64,000 nt of DNA, taken from positions 30,267 to 94,266 of the forward strand of contig NW_003314453.1 of NCBI RefSeq assembly GCF_000143415.4. The letters are read 5' to 3'. Source of the DNA: Selaginella moellendorffii. Its lineage: Eukaryota; Plantae; Lycopodiophyta. Of the stretch, positions 63,573-64,000 are shown piece by piece (the stretch's first letter is position 1; each line of letters opens with the position of its first letter). The position numbers and the translations under genes are program-made. Below the pieces are notes generated by a model. The model was not told the DNA's origin and did not search any database. It saw nothing but the letters and a program-made list of their open reading frames with translations.

Positions 63573-64000
63573 TTAGCTTTTACTACGGCCTTTTGGACGT
63601 GCTGTGGTTTCCTCCTGTGATGCTTTCCTTCCTGGTATTAGAGAGTAACTGAGGATGTAAGATTGCACTGCCTGAGCAAAGCCAGGCTTGTACGAGAAGA
63701 GCAGCCCACGGAAGAGCTTCCCATCGATGGAGGCTTCTAGCGTGTATCCGTAGTTAAATACGTCGCTTACTCTAGCCTCGAACATCTTCTCGCCTAGCGG
63801 CTGAACGTGAGCTTGAAACTCTGTAGCATGAGTTTGACAGAGAAAATTTGGAGAGGTCCAAGGTTTTCTGCAGATACCTCCGTGAGATGAAACCAAGCTC
63901 TTGTCCACATCCTGTTGCTTGTCTAGCACGAATAGTGTGGCATGATACTCTTGCCGCCTTCTCTTAAGTTCCTTACGCATGGGTAGCTTTGGTTCTGATG
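63573..64000 (-). pseudogene. C-terminal exons of the galactose oxidase/kelch protein family (may be a fragment)
   Basis: MRKELKRRRQE...GEKMFEARVSDVFNYGYTLEASIDGKLFRGLLFS matches my recollection of the conserved C-terminus of this plant kelch family. The last splice donor appears lost. The 5' part lies outside the window. Confidence 0.65.

Larger units (their letters stand above)
58896..64000 (-). mobile_element. Helitron D (3' part; continues beyond the window)
   Basis: TCCCAG-CGTAC-CTGGGA CTTTTG CTAG|T at 58896. AT-rich blocks 58990-59150 and 61215-61350 are homologous to 9000-9310 in Helitron B. Gene fragments lie upstream. Continuity across two N gaps is assumed. Confidence 0.68.

Noticed and set aside
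5209-64000. One kelch gene split by a 58-kb transposon nest
   Set aside because: On the minus strand the C-terminal exons lie upstream of the kelch repeats, which is the wrong order for a single interrupted gene.

Overview
Plant nuclear DNA with very short (about 50-60 bp) GT-AG introns and several N gaps. A lycophyte such as Selaginella is plausible, but that is an inference. I could not support any intact host gene; the window is a transposon nest. (1) Both ends are trains of non-autonomous minus-strand Helitrons of one family, joined head-to-tail at 6071/6072 and 58895/58896. They carry intron-containing fragments of kelch, DnaJ/thioredoxin-like, TIC32-like SDR, class III peroxidase and LAF3-like amidohydrolase genes. 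(2) The centre (about 12.7-52.3 kb) holds repeatedly nested copies of a non-coding LARD-like LTR family. Its LTRs contain a hypervariable minisatellite, and one young intact copy lies at 43854-51245 (TSD ACCAG). Its internal region holds a tRNA-like five-hairpin cluster with two Pol III B-boxes. (3) The centre also contains Cassandra TRIMs with 5S-derived LTRs (one 3-LTR tandem array plus five solo or partial LTRs across the window), a full-length but mutated chromovirus Gypsy element with about 100-bp LTRs and a duplicated PPT, and an older shattered Gypsy pol. (4) At 52.3-55.0 kb is a decayed spliced gene with a ParB/Srx-like DGNH(R) motif, preceded by paired inverted repeats. It may belong to an undescribed DNA element. 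Family assignments rest on motif recognition by eye, not on database searches.
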